Origin: Promethearchaeota archaeon Loki_b32
GTDB taxonomy: Archaea > Asgardarchaeota > Lokiarchaeia > Sigyniarchaeales > SOKP01
Assembly: GCA_005223125.1 (NCBI GenBank)
Contig: NJBH01000014.1
Coordinates: 26,202 to 90,201 of the forward strand
DNA length: 64,000 nt
Reading direction: 5' to 3'
Made by a program: the position numbers and the translations under genes. Shown here in pieces: positions 11,092 to 20,974 of this stretch; positions within the stretch are counted from its first letter, which is position 1, and every line of letters begins with the position of its first letter. The notes under the pieces are model-generated. The model made no database searches, had not been told where the DNA came from, and saw only the letters and a program-made list of their open reading frames with translations.

Positions 11092-13083
11092 GTGGATGCC
11101 GACAAAAAACAAACAATTCTAGAAAAGCAACTTAAGACATTAAGTCAAAAGATTAGAATTGATATATTAAAGAAGCTGAAAAATGCTCAAATTCCATTAT
11201 CATTTTCAAAGCTTCAGAAAGAAGTTTTAGGACATAATCTTTCCACTGTTAATTTATCTTTTCATTTAAACACTTTAAAAAAGAGTGAGTTAATTTTTTC
11301 CTCAGAAGAAGGTTATACAATAACATTCTTAGGAGAACAAATAACAGATAAGATTTTATCTATTGAGGAAATTCTTAATAAACAAAAAAAAACTCGTATG
11401 ATCCGGACTTCAAAATATTCTAAAGAATTATTTGATATGAGCAAAATTGAGGAATATCTTGTAATAGAGGGAGATTTAGAACGTCATTTAGCCAGACAAA
11501 TTGCCCACGAAGTAGAAGAACGTCTTTCTAAAACAAATATAGATTATATGACAGCACCATTAATGCGGGAATATATTAATGGTGTTTTACTAGAAAATGG
11601 TTTAGAAGATGTTAGACACAAGTTAACTCGATTAGGAACGCCCCCTTTTGAAGTATTCCAACTATTTGATTCGAAGAATAAAGAATTAACACCGGGAGGT
11701 TTTATTAAACGGCTAGGATCTGATGTTTCTGAACAGTTTTTACTTTTAAATCTTTTACCTAAAAATCTTGCTGATTTATATCTATCTGGAGAAATTGCTC
11801 TATTGTACTTAAATTATTGGAGTTTAAGGCCATTGAGTTTGTATCTAAATACTAGTACATTAATTGATTATCTTTTTAAAAAATATACATACAATCCCCA
11901 AAATAATAGAAATTGGGCTGAAAGTAACAATTTAATTATTCATTTCATGGATCTTTTATACAAGCTAAGCGAATTTTATTCTGAAGATTTACTTCTAGGT
12001 GATTTTAATACTCACTTCCTCTCTTGTTTTGAAATACCGAAAAATAATTCATTCAATTTTGATCCTTTAACATCTCAGTTGCTCAGATTCAATACCCACT
12101 TTAATGATGACAAATCTCACCTGTCATTAGGGTTTAATAATAAGGGAGAATTAACAGAAGATCATTCAATTCTGAATCAAACTGAGAGGCAATTTCTCAA
12201 TTCATTGAACCTCCAGTGTAGAGATCATATAAGGCCACTGCTGATTTTTAAGTGGTCAAATAATTTATCAACAGATTTGGGAACTAGTTTCTTAAAAAGT
12301 TTTATGACAGATTCTATTAATGGAGATCTCTATATTTGTAATAATAATTATTCAAATATGTTAAATTCAACTATTATTCAAATATCAAATCCTAATGAAA
12401 ATAAAATAATTTTAGACAAGATCTTAATGAATTTACATACAATATCAGTAGAGGCAAATCAAAATGATTCTAAATTTCTAGAACTGGTACAAGATAAATT
12501 GAATTCTATATTTGAATTGTTTAAATATAAAGAGAATTTAGTGCAGAAAAAATTAAATTCTCTTAAGCAATGGAATTTTTTTGTTTCAGAGATTTTTGAC
12601 CAAAAATTTGATGAAATATTTAGGGAATCTATAAAATCAATTAGTTTTTTCGGTTTGAACGAAGCTATTCTAAACCATTGCGGAATTGAACTTGATAGGA
12701 CAGAAAATAGCGAAGTTTTTTCACTTAAAGTTTTATCTTTAATGAAAAAACTAATCAAGGAAAGAAATGAAGTTGATAACAACAATTTTATTTTAAGCCA
12801 ACCTCATTACGATTCTTATCTGAAAAATTCATGGCATAATGGTATCTCACAATACAAACAAAGTATAAATCAATATTCCTCAAGAATAATTCGGAGTGAA
12901 TCAAATCTTTCCATTAAGAAAAAAATCGTATTATATCAAAAATTTCAAAAAATTATTAATGGAGGGACTTTATTTATAGAAAAAATAAGCGAAGATGAAG
13001 TATCATTCCAGAAATGTTTAAATTTACTATTTAATTCCAAAATAAGAGCGATATCTTTTAGAGATTGTTTTACTAAAAAATAG
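11092..13083 (+). CDS. ArsR-type wHTH + ATP-cone + degenerate class III ribonucleotide reductase (NrdD-like) fusion
   Basis: N-terminal RIDILKKL...LSFHLNTL HTH; ATP-cone (RTSKYSKELFD...TAPLMREYINGVLLENGLE...LTRLG); NrdD-like SISFFGLNEA. No glycyl-radical R-x-x-G-Y motif or Zn-Cys motif at the C-terminus. Confidence 0.75.
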   Translation: MDADKKQTILEKQLKTLSQKIRIDILKKLKNAQIPLSFSKLQKEVLGHNLSTVNLSFHLNTLKKSELIFSSEEGYTITFLGEQITDKILSIEEILNKQKKTRMIRTSKYSKELFDMSKIEEYLVIEGDLERHLARQIAHEVEERLSKTNIDYMTAPLMREYINGVLLENGLEDVRHKLTRLGTPPFEVFQLFDSKNKELTPGGFIKRLGSDVSEQFLLLNLLPKNLADLYLSGEIALLYLNYWSLRPLSLYLNTSTLIDYLFKKYTYNPQNNRNWAESNNLIIHFMDLLYKLSEFYSEDLLLGDFNTHFLSCFEIPKNNSFNFDPLTSQLLRFNTHFNDDKSHLSLGFNNKGELTEDHSILNQTERQFLNSLNLQCRDHIRPLLIFKWSNNLSTDLGTSFLKSFMTDSINGDLYICNNNYSNMLNSTIIQISNPNENKIILDKILMNLHTISVEANQNDSKFLELVQDKLNSIFELFKYKENLVQKKLNSLKQWNFFVSEIFDQKFDEIFRESIKSISFFGLNEAILNHCGIELDRTENSEVFSLKVLSLMKKLIKERNEVDNNNFILSQPHYDSYLKNSWHNGISQYKQSINQYSSRIIRSESNLSIKKKIVLYQKFQKIINGGTLFIEKISEDEVSFQKCLNLLFNSKIRAISFRDCFTKK

Positions 13084-13114
13084 AAGTAAAAGGTAAAATG
13101 AGTATTCTTAAAAA

Positions 13115-14032
13115 TTATTGGATCATTAACTCCGCTAAGAGAGCTTTCCTCATAGGAATTCCATAATAAGTTTGTTTAAAGTAAATTGCTTTTTCTGAAC
13201 TATCAACACCAGCAGAAATTTCTGTAATTCTTGGTAAGGGATGCAATAATCTGAAATTGTCCTTTGTTCCTTTCAGGTCTTCTTGTTGAAATATGTAAAA
13301 TCCTTTAATCTTTTCGTATTCTTCTAAATCAATAAACCTTTCCTTTTGAATACGTGTCATGTAAAGAACATCTAAAATATTTAATATTTTTCTGTAATTT
13401 GTAATTTCCTTATATTTAACATGGCGCTGTTGTAGGAAATCTCTATCACGATTTCTCATTTTTAACTCTAACGGACTTATGAAGTAAATATTAATGTCAA
13501 AATTTGATAAGAGAATTGAAAGTGAATGGATTGTTCTACCATATTTTAAATCTCCCATTAATCCTATATTCAATCCATCTAAAGCCCCTAATTCTTCAGA
13601 TATAGTTAAAAGATCTAATAACGCCTGCGTTGGATGTTCTCCACTTCCAGATCCTGCGTTAATTATAGGAATTTTAGCAAATTTAGCTGCTAATGTTGCA
13701 GCTCCTTCAAGTGAATGCCTCATTACAATACAATCACTATAATTTTCTACTGTTCTTATTGTATCTGCAATACTTTCTCCTTTTTTAATCGAGGAAACAT
13801 CTCCAGAATGGAATCCAATAACACTACCTCCTAACCTATACATAGCAGATTCAAAACTAAGTCGAGTACGAGTAGATGGTTCAAAAAATAAGGTTGCTAA
13901 GATCTTCCCCTGAAGAAGATTTGAGTTTTTAATTTTAATCATTTCTTTGCCTTTCTTTAGAATGTACTCAATATCTTCTCGATCAAATTGCTTAGCACTT
14001 ATGATACCTTCGCTAAATTTATCTTTGAACAT
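13115..14032 (-). CDS. pyrB: Aspartate carbamoyltransferase catalytic subunit
   Basis: FFEPSTRTRLSF, HPTQALLD, MTRIQKER, HPLPR. Confidence 0.98.
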   Translation of the reverse strand: MFKDKFSEGIISAKQFDREDIEYILKKGKEMIKIKNSNLLQGKILATLFFEPSTRTRLSFESAMYRLGGSVIGFHSGDVSSIKKGESIADTIRTVENYSDCIVMRHSLEGAATLAAKFAKIPIINAGSGSGEHPTQALLDLLTISEELGALDGLNIGLMGDLKYGRTIHSLSILLSNFDINIYFISPLELKMRNRDRDFLQQRHVKYKEITNYRKILNILDVLYMTRIQKERFIDLEEYEKIKGFYIFQQEDLKGTKDNFRLLHPLPRITEISAGVDSSEKAIYFKQTYYGIPMRKALLAELMIQ

Positions 14033-14193
14033 TTAAAATCTCATTCAATATGTTTTTATTAACATTATGTAAATAAGATTTAAATTATTTTTTATTATGC
14101 GATGGTTATTCAAAAAGAACCAACAGAACTAATAAAATTTAATATTTATAAATAATTATTAAATTTAATCTTAAAGTTAAAGGTCACTGATTA

Positions 14194-14475
14194 ATGAAGT
14201 ACCCAAGAACTATCAATAGATATTGTCCAAACTGTAGATCACATAAAAAGCATAGTGTCTCTCTATACAAAAAAGGCCAAGAAAGAGCTATGAATCATGG
14301 ACGCAGAAGACTAGAAAAAAAGAAGCGGGGTTATGGTAGTTTTCCGAAACCGATATTTCACCGCAATTCGAAGATAAATAAGAGATCTACTCCATTATTA
14401 GAATGTAGTGAATGTGGCAAGAAACAGTATGCCAAGTCTTATCGTGTAAAACGACTCGAATTACAAGAAGTTTAA
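14194..14475 (+). CDS. rpl44e: 50S ribosomal protein L44e (eL42)
   Basis: YCPNC...H.V..YKKG...GYG...ECSECGK Zn finger. Confidence 0.95.
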   Translation: MKYPRTINRYCPNCRSHKKHSVSLYKKGQERAMNHGRRRLEKKKRGYGSFPKPIFHRNSKINKRSTPLLECSECGKKQYAKSYRVKRLELQEV

Positions 14476-14490
14476 AAAAAGTGAGCAATT

Positions 14491-14697
14491 ATGGTACATA
14501 AAAGAGAAGAAAAAGAACTTATTCCATATCCAAAAAGTAGATTTTTACGTGTAAAATGTTTGAATTGTGGAAACCAACAAATCATTTTTGGCTGTTCTGC
14601 AACAGATGTAGAATGTTTAGTTTGCGGAAAAACTTTACTCCAATCCACTGGGGGTAAAGCCAGAATTTTAACTAAAATACTGGAAGTTTTATCCTAA
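14491..14697 (+). CDS. rps27e: 30S ribosomal protein S27e
   Basis: [13 protein letters not shown]...CLVCG...TGGKA. Confidence 0.96.
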   Translation: MVHKREEKELIPYPKSRFLRVKCLNCGNQQIIFGCSATDVECLVCGKTLLQSTGGKARILTKILEVLS

Positions 14698-14814
14698 AAA
14701 GTTAAATTTCTCCAATATTCTATTATATTTTTCATCCGGTTATATTTTAATCGTGAGAAAATTCTATCACATAATTACTCTGCTCTTTACTTATTATATA
14801 AATAAGAAAAAAAA

Positions 14815-15621
14815 TTAATTAAATCCTTTAAAGTGTTTGAATGGACGAGGGGGCGTGCGATAGAAAGTTTCATCAGGATAACCGATAGTAAATGCACCCA
14901 ATTGTTTAGCTCTTATTCGTGCTAATTTCATAATTTTAGGGTCTAATTCCATACCAACTTGGGTCCATCCATTCCAGCAGGTACCTAATCCAAGTGAATG
15001 TGCTGCTAACCGACCATAAGTAACTATATTGGCGATATTTTGAATCCCAATTACGTTATATAGCTGTGAATATACAATAATTACATGAGGTGCATCAAAA
15101 TAAACAGGAACTTCGAATTCTTTAGCAAGGTATGCAAGTCTCTCACCATATAACCAACCCCAAGCTTTATCGTTTGTAATTGTTTCTTGAATGGTATCCG
15201 ATAATATTTTCATTTGTTCTTTATCAGAAATAATCATAAAGGATTCCGATCGCATATTTCGTCCAGTTGGAGCGCATTGCATCGCAGTGAATACTTTTTG
15301 TAATAAATCACTCGATACTTTTTCTTCTTTATATTTTCTTATTGATCGATGTGCTTGAAAGAAAGGATACAAATTATCATAAGATATTATTTCTTCAGGC
15401 TTGTTTATCCCTTTAAATTCATAAATTTCGCCCATATCTTCAAAAAGAACAGCATCTTCAGGACATATAGCAATACAATGACCACATCTTATGCACATTA
15501 GGTTTGGATCTTCATATTTAAGATTTTCTCCCCCATCAACTTTAAATAAGCGTCTAGGGCATGTAGTTATGCAAATATCACATCTATTACATTTTTCATA
15601 ATCAATACCTAGTATTGGCAT
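14815..15621 (-). CDS. 4Fe-4S ferredoxin-domain nitroreductase family protein
   Basis: Two CxxCxxCxxxCP motifs followed by RSIRKY, APTGRN, LGLGTCW, IGYP. Confidence 0.9.
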   Translation of the reverse strand: MPILGIDYEKCNRCDICITTCPRRLFKVDGGENLKYEDPNLMCIRCGHCIAICPEDAVLFEDMGEIYEFKGINKPEEIISYDNLYPFFQAHRSIRKYKEEKVSSDLLQKVFTAMQCAPTGRNMRSESFMIISDKEQMKILSDTIQETITNDKAWGWLYGERLAYLAKEFEVPVYFDAPHVIIVYSQLYNVIGIQNIANIVTYGRLAAHSLGLGTCWNGWTQVGMELDPKIMKLARIRAKQLGAFTIGYPDETFYRTPPRPFKHFKGFN

Positions 15622-15993
15622 TTATCACTCACTTCTAAATTATTTAATAAGAATTAAATGTATTTTCTTAAATAATTATCATCTTCTAACAAAAAGAAAA
15701 AGGAAAAAAATTGTATAAATTTAAATTAAATTCATTTTTTTCTAAAAATTCCTTTGCATTTAAAAATGAGAACGCTGATTAAAGGAGTATTCCAACCAAA
15801 ATTTGTACATGGGTTATTTGGTACCTTACTTGCTGGCATGCAAGTCAATGATATAATGCTCGATCGTAAAGTAATGGATGGAAATGCGAGATTGAAAATA
15901 TAACTTAATTATTTTATTTATATGTTCGTGAAACCGCTCTTTCACGTAAATTCTTTAATATCTCAGTAACATAGAATTAATTATTAAATTCAA

Positions 15994-16332
15994 TTAATAT
16001 TCGCGCCAAGTATATTTACATTTAGTACATCTAAAAAAATGAGTACTTGGTTCGTCAGCACTCCTCATCTGTTTCTGCCAAGTTTCAGCTTCCTTATTAT
16101 TACACTTTGGACAATACTTTTTTGCTTTAGGATATACTGAAATTTTATCCTCTTCTGTGATAATTACTAAATTATTTTCTAACGCCTGTTTCTTTTTTTG
16201 AACATTAATTTCTATTTTTTTATTATCTGTTAATACTTCTCTTTGATAACCACAGTTGCACATTAAAAAGGATTTATCACTATCTATTCTCTTACGCAAC
16301 AAGTTTGAACAATCAGGGCAAAACTCAACCAT
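15994..16332 (-). CDS. tfs: Transcription factor S (TFS / RpoM family)
   Basis: FCPDC...CNCG N-terminal ribbon; CPKC...QMRSADEP...CTKC C-terminal ribbon with the acidic DE pair. Confidence 0.95.
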   Translation of the reverse strand: MVEFCPDCSNLLRKRIDSDKSFLMCNCGYQREVLTDNKKIEINVQKKKQALENNLVIITEEDKISVYPKAKKYCPKCNNKEAETWQKQMRSADEPSTHFFRCTKCKYTWREY

Positions 16333-16553
16333 ATTGATTTTATTCCTTTTTTTTCTGTAATTATATCCTTTAAAAATAACAATATTTAAAAAATTTTATC
16401 ATATCGATAAATACTTAGAATATATATTAAAGAGAATCCGAAAACCAATCCCAAGTTTAATATTTATCATTTTTTCTTTAAAGATCCTAATGGATATACA
16501 ATTGAAATTCAAAGGTTTTTAGATTAATAGTAGAATCTTGAAAAGAAAAGCTA

Positions 16554-16880
16554 TTATACTAAATCTAATTCTTTTTTAAGCTGATATAATTTTTGATAAT
16601 ATTCGAAATTTAATGTATTCATATCTTGGACTATATCCGCATTAATTACCTTTTCTCCAGTAGCTTGGAGTTCTAGGTCTCCTATAACATTGATTAAATC
16701 ATCTTCTTTAAAGTTAAAGTCACCAATGGTTTTGAGACTAACATTTATATCACCAGTTTTATCTTCTAAAATAATATGACTATCATTAACTCTATTTTTA
16801 ATATATCCAGTTACTTGGATTCGCTCATCATCTATAGTTATATCCTTAATTATTCTTTGCTTCGCATACTGAAATGACAT
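16554..16880 (-). CDS. Small OB-fold protein, RPA3/RPA14-like ssDNA-binding subunit
   Basis: IQVTG...LEDKTG...INVIG OB-fold pattern with a C-terminal NFEYYQKL helix like RPA14; divergent from PCNA. Confidence 0.7.
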   Translation of the reverse strand: MSFQYAKQRIIKDITIDDERIQVTGYIKNRVNDSHIILEDKTGDINVSLKTIGDFNFKEDDLINVIGDLELQATGEKVINADIVQDMNTLNFEYYQKLYQLKKELDLV

Positions 16881-17068
16881 TTTTTTTTTTTAAAAATAGG
16901 AATCATTCAATTATATAATTAATACAAATTTGAAAATTTAAGATAGGTATAAATAATTAATTTAAAACCTAAAATTGGTATTATTAAAAGACTAATATCA
17001 AACATTATTAATAATCCGAATTAAACAATATTATCTTATTTATAATGGAATAAAATTAATGAAAGAAT

Positions 17069-17872
17069 ATGACTTTTACGTTAAAATTAGAAAATAGTCG
17101 GATTTTGAAAGGGATAGTCGAAACTCTAGCGAGTATTATTGATGAAACTGAATTTCGAGTTACTCCTAAAGAGTTTACAATTTCAGCGATGGATCCTAGT
17201 AGAATATGTTTACTTAAACTATCAATTAAAAAGGAGAATTTTGATGAATACCAATGTGATAAAGATTCAAAAGTTGGGTTAAACTTGGATGATTTAGATA
17301 AGATTTTAAAACGAAGTGCAGCAAATGATTCTGTAGAAATTGATTTTAATGAAGCTGAACAGAAAATAAAAATAAAAATGGCACGAGAGGGTATGACTCG
17401 TACACGAACCTTTAGTTTAGCTTTGTTGGATATCGATATTGAAGAAATTCCTATGGATAATTTATTGAGAATTGAATATCCTTCAAAATGGGTAATTGAA
17501 CCGGAATTCTTAGTTGAAGCAATAAAAGATGCTGAAATTTATTCTGAAATTCTTAATATGATTGCTGAAGAGGGAAAAGGATTGGTGTTTAGTTCAACAG
17601 GTCAAATTGGTGAAATGGAATATGATCTTAGCGAAGATGATTTAATAGAGACGGATATTAATGGAAAGAGTAGTGGAGCATATTCATTAACATTTTTAAA
17701 AGCAATCTTAAAAATAGCATCTATCACAGAAAAGTTAGAAATCTCTTTAAAGACGGATCATCCCTTAAAAATGATCTTTAATCTTCTTGAGGGTGGCGAA
17801 TTAAGTTACTTCTTAGCACCGAGAGTCGAAGAAGCTGAATTTGCAGATGAAGATGATATGGATGAATTTTAA
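17069..17872 (+). CDS. pcn: PCNA sliding clamp
   Basis: AMDPSRICL, YSLTFL, YFLAPRVE; acidic tail. Confidence 0.97.
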   Translation: MTFTLKLENSRILKGIVETLASIIDETEFRVTPKEFTISAMDPSRICLLKLSIKKENFDEYQCDKDSKVGLNLDDLDKILKRSAANDSVEIDFNEAEQKIKIKMAREGMTRTRTFSLALLDIDIEEIPMDNLLRIEYPSKWVIEPEFLVEAIKDAEIYSEILNMIAEEGKGLVFSSTGQIGEMEYDLSEDDLIETDINGKSSGAYSLTFLKAILKIASITEKLEISLKTDHPLKMIFNLLEGGELSYFLAPRVEEAEFADEDDMDEF

Positions 17873-18251
17873 TTTTTTTTATGTAACTGTAACTACAACG
17901 AAAAAATCGAAAATACGATAAAATAATGAAAAAACTTTTTATATTTTTAAATTATTGAATCATCTAATTTCGATGTTTTTTGAATTTCCTTAACTTTCTT
18001 TCTTAATAAATTCAGTATCATTAAGGGAGTTAAATAAAAAAGTAATGTTAAATATTATTAACATCCCATAGAAGCTTATTATACACCTTATTCCTTTTGT
18101 TTTTTGATCAATTCGAAACTTTTAAATACCCATGTTAAATATAGTAACACAATGAATGATCATTTTTTAAATCGATTGGTTAGAAAGATAATACCCCCCG
18201 ATAAAAATGATTTTCAGAATTTAACATTTAAGAAATTGGTGAAAAAAAAAA

Positions 18252-19097
18252 ATGAGTAAAGAAAAAAATTCATATAAAGGTAGTATTTCTAGCTCTTATA
18301 AAACCAAAGAACTGCTAAAAAACACAATTTTACTTGGTATTATTGCTACCGCAGGAGCGTTTTTTACATGGTGGATCATGCTTATGATATTTACTGACGG
18401 TCTTGAGAAAAGTGTTGTGGTTCCTATTGAAGTGACATATTTAGTCTTCATAATCGTTTATAGCGTATTTATAACGATAATAGTTCTCATATATCTCTAT
18501 AATACGGCGTATGTCAAGAATTTTAGCTACAAAATTTCAGAGGATCACATTGTCATAAAACATGGAGTTCTTACTAAAATAGTCGCTACCATCCCCTACA
18601 GTAGAATTCAGAATATTAACATCGTTAATGGGGTGTTTGACAGGATGTTTAAGACTTTTACGGTGAAAATCGAGACTGCGGGTTCAAGTGCAGCAGCAGC
18701 AAGCGCTAAGAGCGGTCATGTCAAGCCTGAGGGCTATATTCCTGGCTTAAAGGATCCAAAGACCATCGAGAAGAAGATTAAGGAGATGATGACGAAGTAT
18801 TCAGCAGTTCCAAGTAGCCTTGAAGACAAAATCTTTAAACCTGAAGAGTTGGCGTTTGATAATTTTATCAGCTATATCCTTTCGAAGATGCGGGAAGGCG
18901 AGAAATTAAAGACCAGTATAACGGAATTACGCGAAAAAGCTAATCTTTCTGCTGCTGACTTAGCCGAGAAGGTTGGTGTTCCACTTCAGACGATTAATTA
19001 CTTAGCTGAAGGGCGATATAACCCAAGCCTAGCATTGACCTATAAGATTGCGGAAGTATTACACTGTAAAATAGAAGATTTGTTTAAATTAGTCTAA
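18252..19097 (+). CDS. Membrane protein with a bacterial PH (bPH_2-like) domain and a C-terminal XRE HTH
   Basis: Two TM helices; GVL...TIPYSRIQ...VKIETAG; C-terminal LAEKVGV..QTI...YNPSL.L..KIA..L....EDLF. Confidence 0.8.
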   Translation: MSKEKNSYKGSISSSYKTKELLKNTILLGIIATAGAFFTWWIMLMIFTDGLEKSVVVPIEVTYLVFIIVYSVFITIIVLIYLYNTAYVKNFSYKISEDHIVIKHGVLTKIVATIPYSRIQNINIVNGVFDRMFKTFTVKIETAGSSAAAASAKSGHVKPEGYIPGLKDPKTIEKKIKEMMTKYSAVPSSLEDKIFKPEELAFDNFISYILSKMREGEKLKTSITELREKANLSAADLAEKVGVPLQTINYLAEGRYNPSLALTYKIAEVLHCKIEDLFKLV

Positions 19098-19170
19098 AAA
19101 TTCAATATTTTTTTTAATTATTATTACAATTATTAAGATTCTGGAAAGAGTAATGGATTGGTGAGACAGC

Positions 19171-19590
19171 ATGAAATTTAAGAAAAAAATCACTTCAAGA
19201 ATAAAGCAATTCAGGGAGGAGTTAGAACTGCCCCAGTTAGAATTAGCGAAACTTGTAGGGGTTTCTCGCCAGACGATCTATTACTTAGAGCGGGGTTCGT
19301 ACAATCCATCCTTGACGATATCCTTTAAAATATCGGAAATCTTGAAAAAACCGATCCATGATATATTCTATCAGGAACCAGTTATTAAGGATATACTAGA
19401 GGGTAAATCATTGGCAGAATTAAGGGAAGTTGCCGAAATAGCGGGGATCAGCCTTGAAAAGCTGGCTTCCTTAAGCGAAATAGACGACGAACACCTAACA
19501 AAAGATTTTAAGGAGGATACGTTGATTAAAATCGCGTTAGGACTGGGAATAGACTTCGAAGATCTATTTGAAAAAGAAGCCGAAAATTAA
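19171..19590 (+). CDS. XRE-family HTH transcriptional regulator (tandem HTH)
   Basis: LAKLVGVSRQTIYYLERGSYNPSL plus a second degenerate HTH. Confidence 0.88.
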   Translation: MKFKKKITSRIKQFREELELPQLELAKLVGVSRQTIYYLERGSYNPSLTISFKISEILKKPIHDIFYQEPVIKDILEGKSLAELREVAEIAGISLEKLASLSEIDDEHLTKDFKEDTLIKIALGLGIDFEDLFEKEAEN

Positions 19591-19786
19591 AAATCTATAA
19601 AAAAATAAAATTAAAAAAAATCTATCCGATTCTGAAAAATTACAATTTTCTTTAAATTTATTAGCAAGTTAATAGTTTAATAAAAATTATCAGTAAATTA
19701 ATTTACTCTTAATCTATTAAAGGCTAGTACCATCATTAATTTTTGATTATAAATATTTAGATTTAAATTAAAGAAATTTTTGGGCA

Positions 19787-20974
19787 ATGAGCGACATTTA
19801 CGACTTAGTGAAACGGTACCCTTGGCTTCCTTCTTTAAAAACATACTATTCTGATATAGCATTAAAAAATCCTTTAGATTTTATTAGTGAAATCTTTTCA
19901 TCCAACAAATCTGAGGAGCTAGAAAGTAGAGTATTGAACCTATTCAATGATGCATTTAATAAAATAGAACATTTATCGGAATATGAACTCGATGAGATTA
20001 ATATTTATGTTTATTTAATTCTAAGAATTTTACTTTATATTATAAATGATAAAATTCTTTCTAATCGTATAGCAAACATATATTCCAAAACTACTTACAA
20101 TGAATTAAATAAAGAAAATGAATATAATTTATATTATATTTACCAGGATTTAAATTTAAAAGTTATTTATGAAGAACAGCCATTTGTCTATAAGAAATTT
20201 GTTGTAAAAGAGCAAAAAGAAATTTTTAAAACCAATTTCAAGATTTCTTTTTTGGACTATTTAAAACTTGCATCTAATTTAAAGGATGAATATCGAAAAT
20301 TAGTGAATAACGCTCTACTTCAAGGTTATGTATATATTAAACCTGAAAATATTAATAGATTGTTACAAGAACATGTAAGAAAGAAATTACTAATTCAAAA
20401 TAACGAAGTTTCTTCCGATTTTGAGAAATTTAAGGAAAGATTATTTGAAATCCATGAATTTAAAAAATTATATACCACCATAACAAAGATTTGGGAATCA
20501 AAAAAAGAAGAATTTGAATATTCAATTGATATAACTTTTAAGGAAGGTAAAGATTATTCGGGAATTTTGCCTCCTTGTATCAAAGAAATACTCTCCAAAG
20601 CACAAGAGGGGCAGAATTTAGTGCATACAGAGAGATTATTTATATTATGGTTTTTAAATTCACTTAAATATCCTGAGGATAAAATAATTAATGTGTTTTC
20701 AACACTTCCTGATTTTGATAGAGAAAAAACAGCATATCAAGTGAAATATGCTATGAAAAAAGGATATACTCCCTATTCATGCAAGTCATTAAAATCATAT
20801 AATTTATGTTTTGCAAATGAATATAAAGATCCAATTTGTTTAGAGGGTTATTATTCAAGGATGCAAGATGAACAAAAATTTATTTCACATCCTCTTAAAT
20901 ATATAGAAGTCAAAGAATATCGTGATTCTAAGAAATTAAAAAAGACAAAAAATCAATCTCAAGATCAAAAATGA
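19787..20974 (+). CDS. priL: DNA primase large subunit
   Basis: YPW N-terminus; Fe-S domain PPCI...H.ER...PDF...YQ...YSC...C...C...HPL; ATGA overlap with priS. Confidence 0.93.
   Translation: MSDIYDLVKRYPWLPSLKTYYSDIALKNPLDFISEIFSSNKSEELESRVLNLFNDAFNKIEHLSEYELDEINIYVYLILRILLYIINDKILSNRIANIYSKTTYNELNKENEYNLYYIYQDLNLKVIYEEQPFVYKKFVVKEQKEIFKTNFKISFLDYLKLASNLKDEYRKLVNNALLQGYVYIKPENINRLLQEHVRKKLLIQNNEVSSDFEKFKERLFEIHEFKKLYTTITKIWESKKEEFEYSIDITFKEGKDYSGILPPCIKEILSKAQEGQNLVHTERLFILWFLNSLKYPEDKIINVFSTLPDFDREKTAYQVKYAMKKGYTPYSCKSLKSYNLCFANEYKDPICLEGYYSRMQDEQKFISHPLKYIEVKEYRDSKKLKKTKNQSQDQK

Noticed and set aside
15766-15903. 45-aa ORF MRTLIKGVFQPKFVHGLFGTLLAG...
   Set aside because: Short with no recognisable family; possibly a gene remnant, but it cannot be supported.
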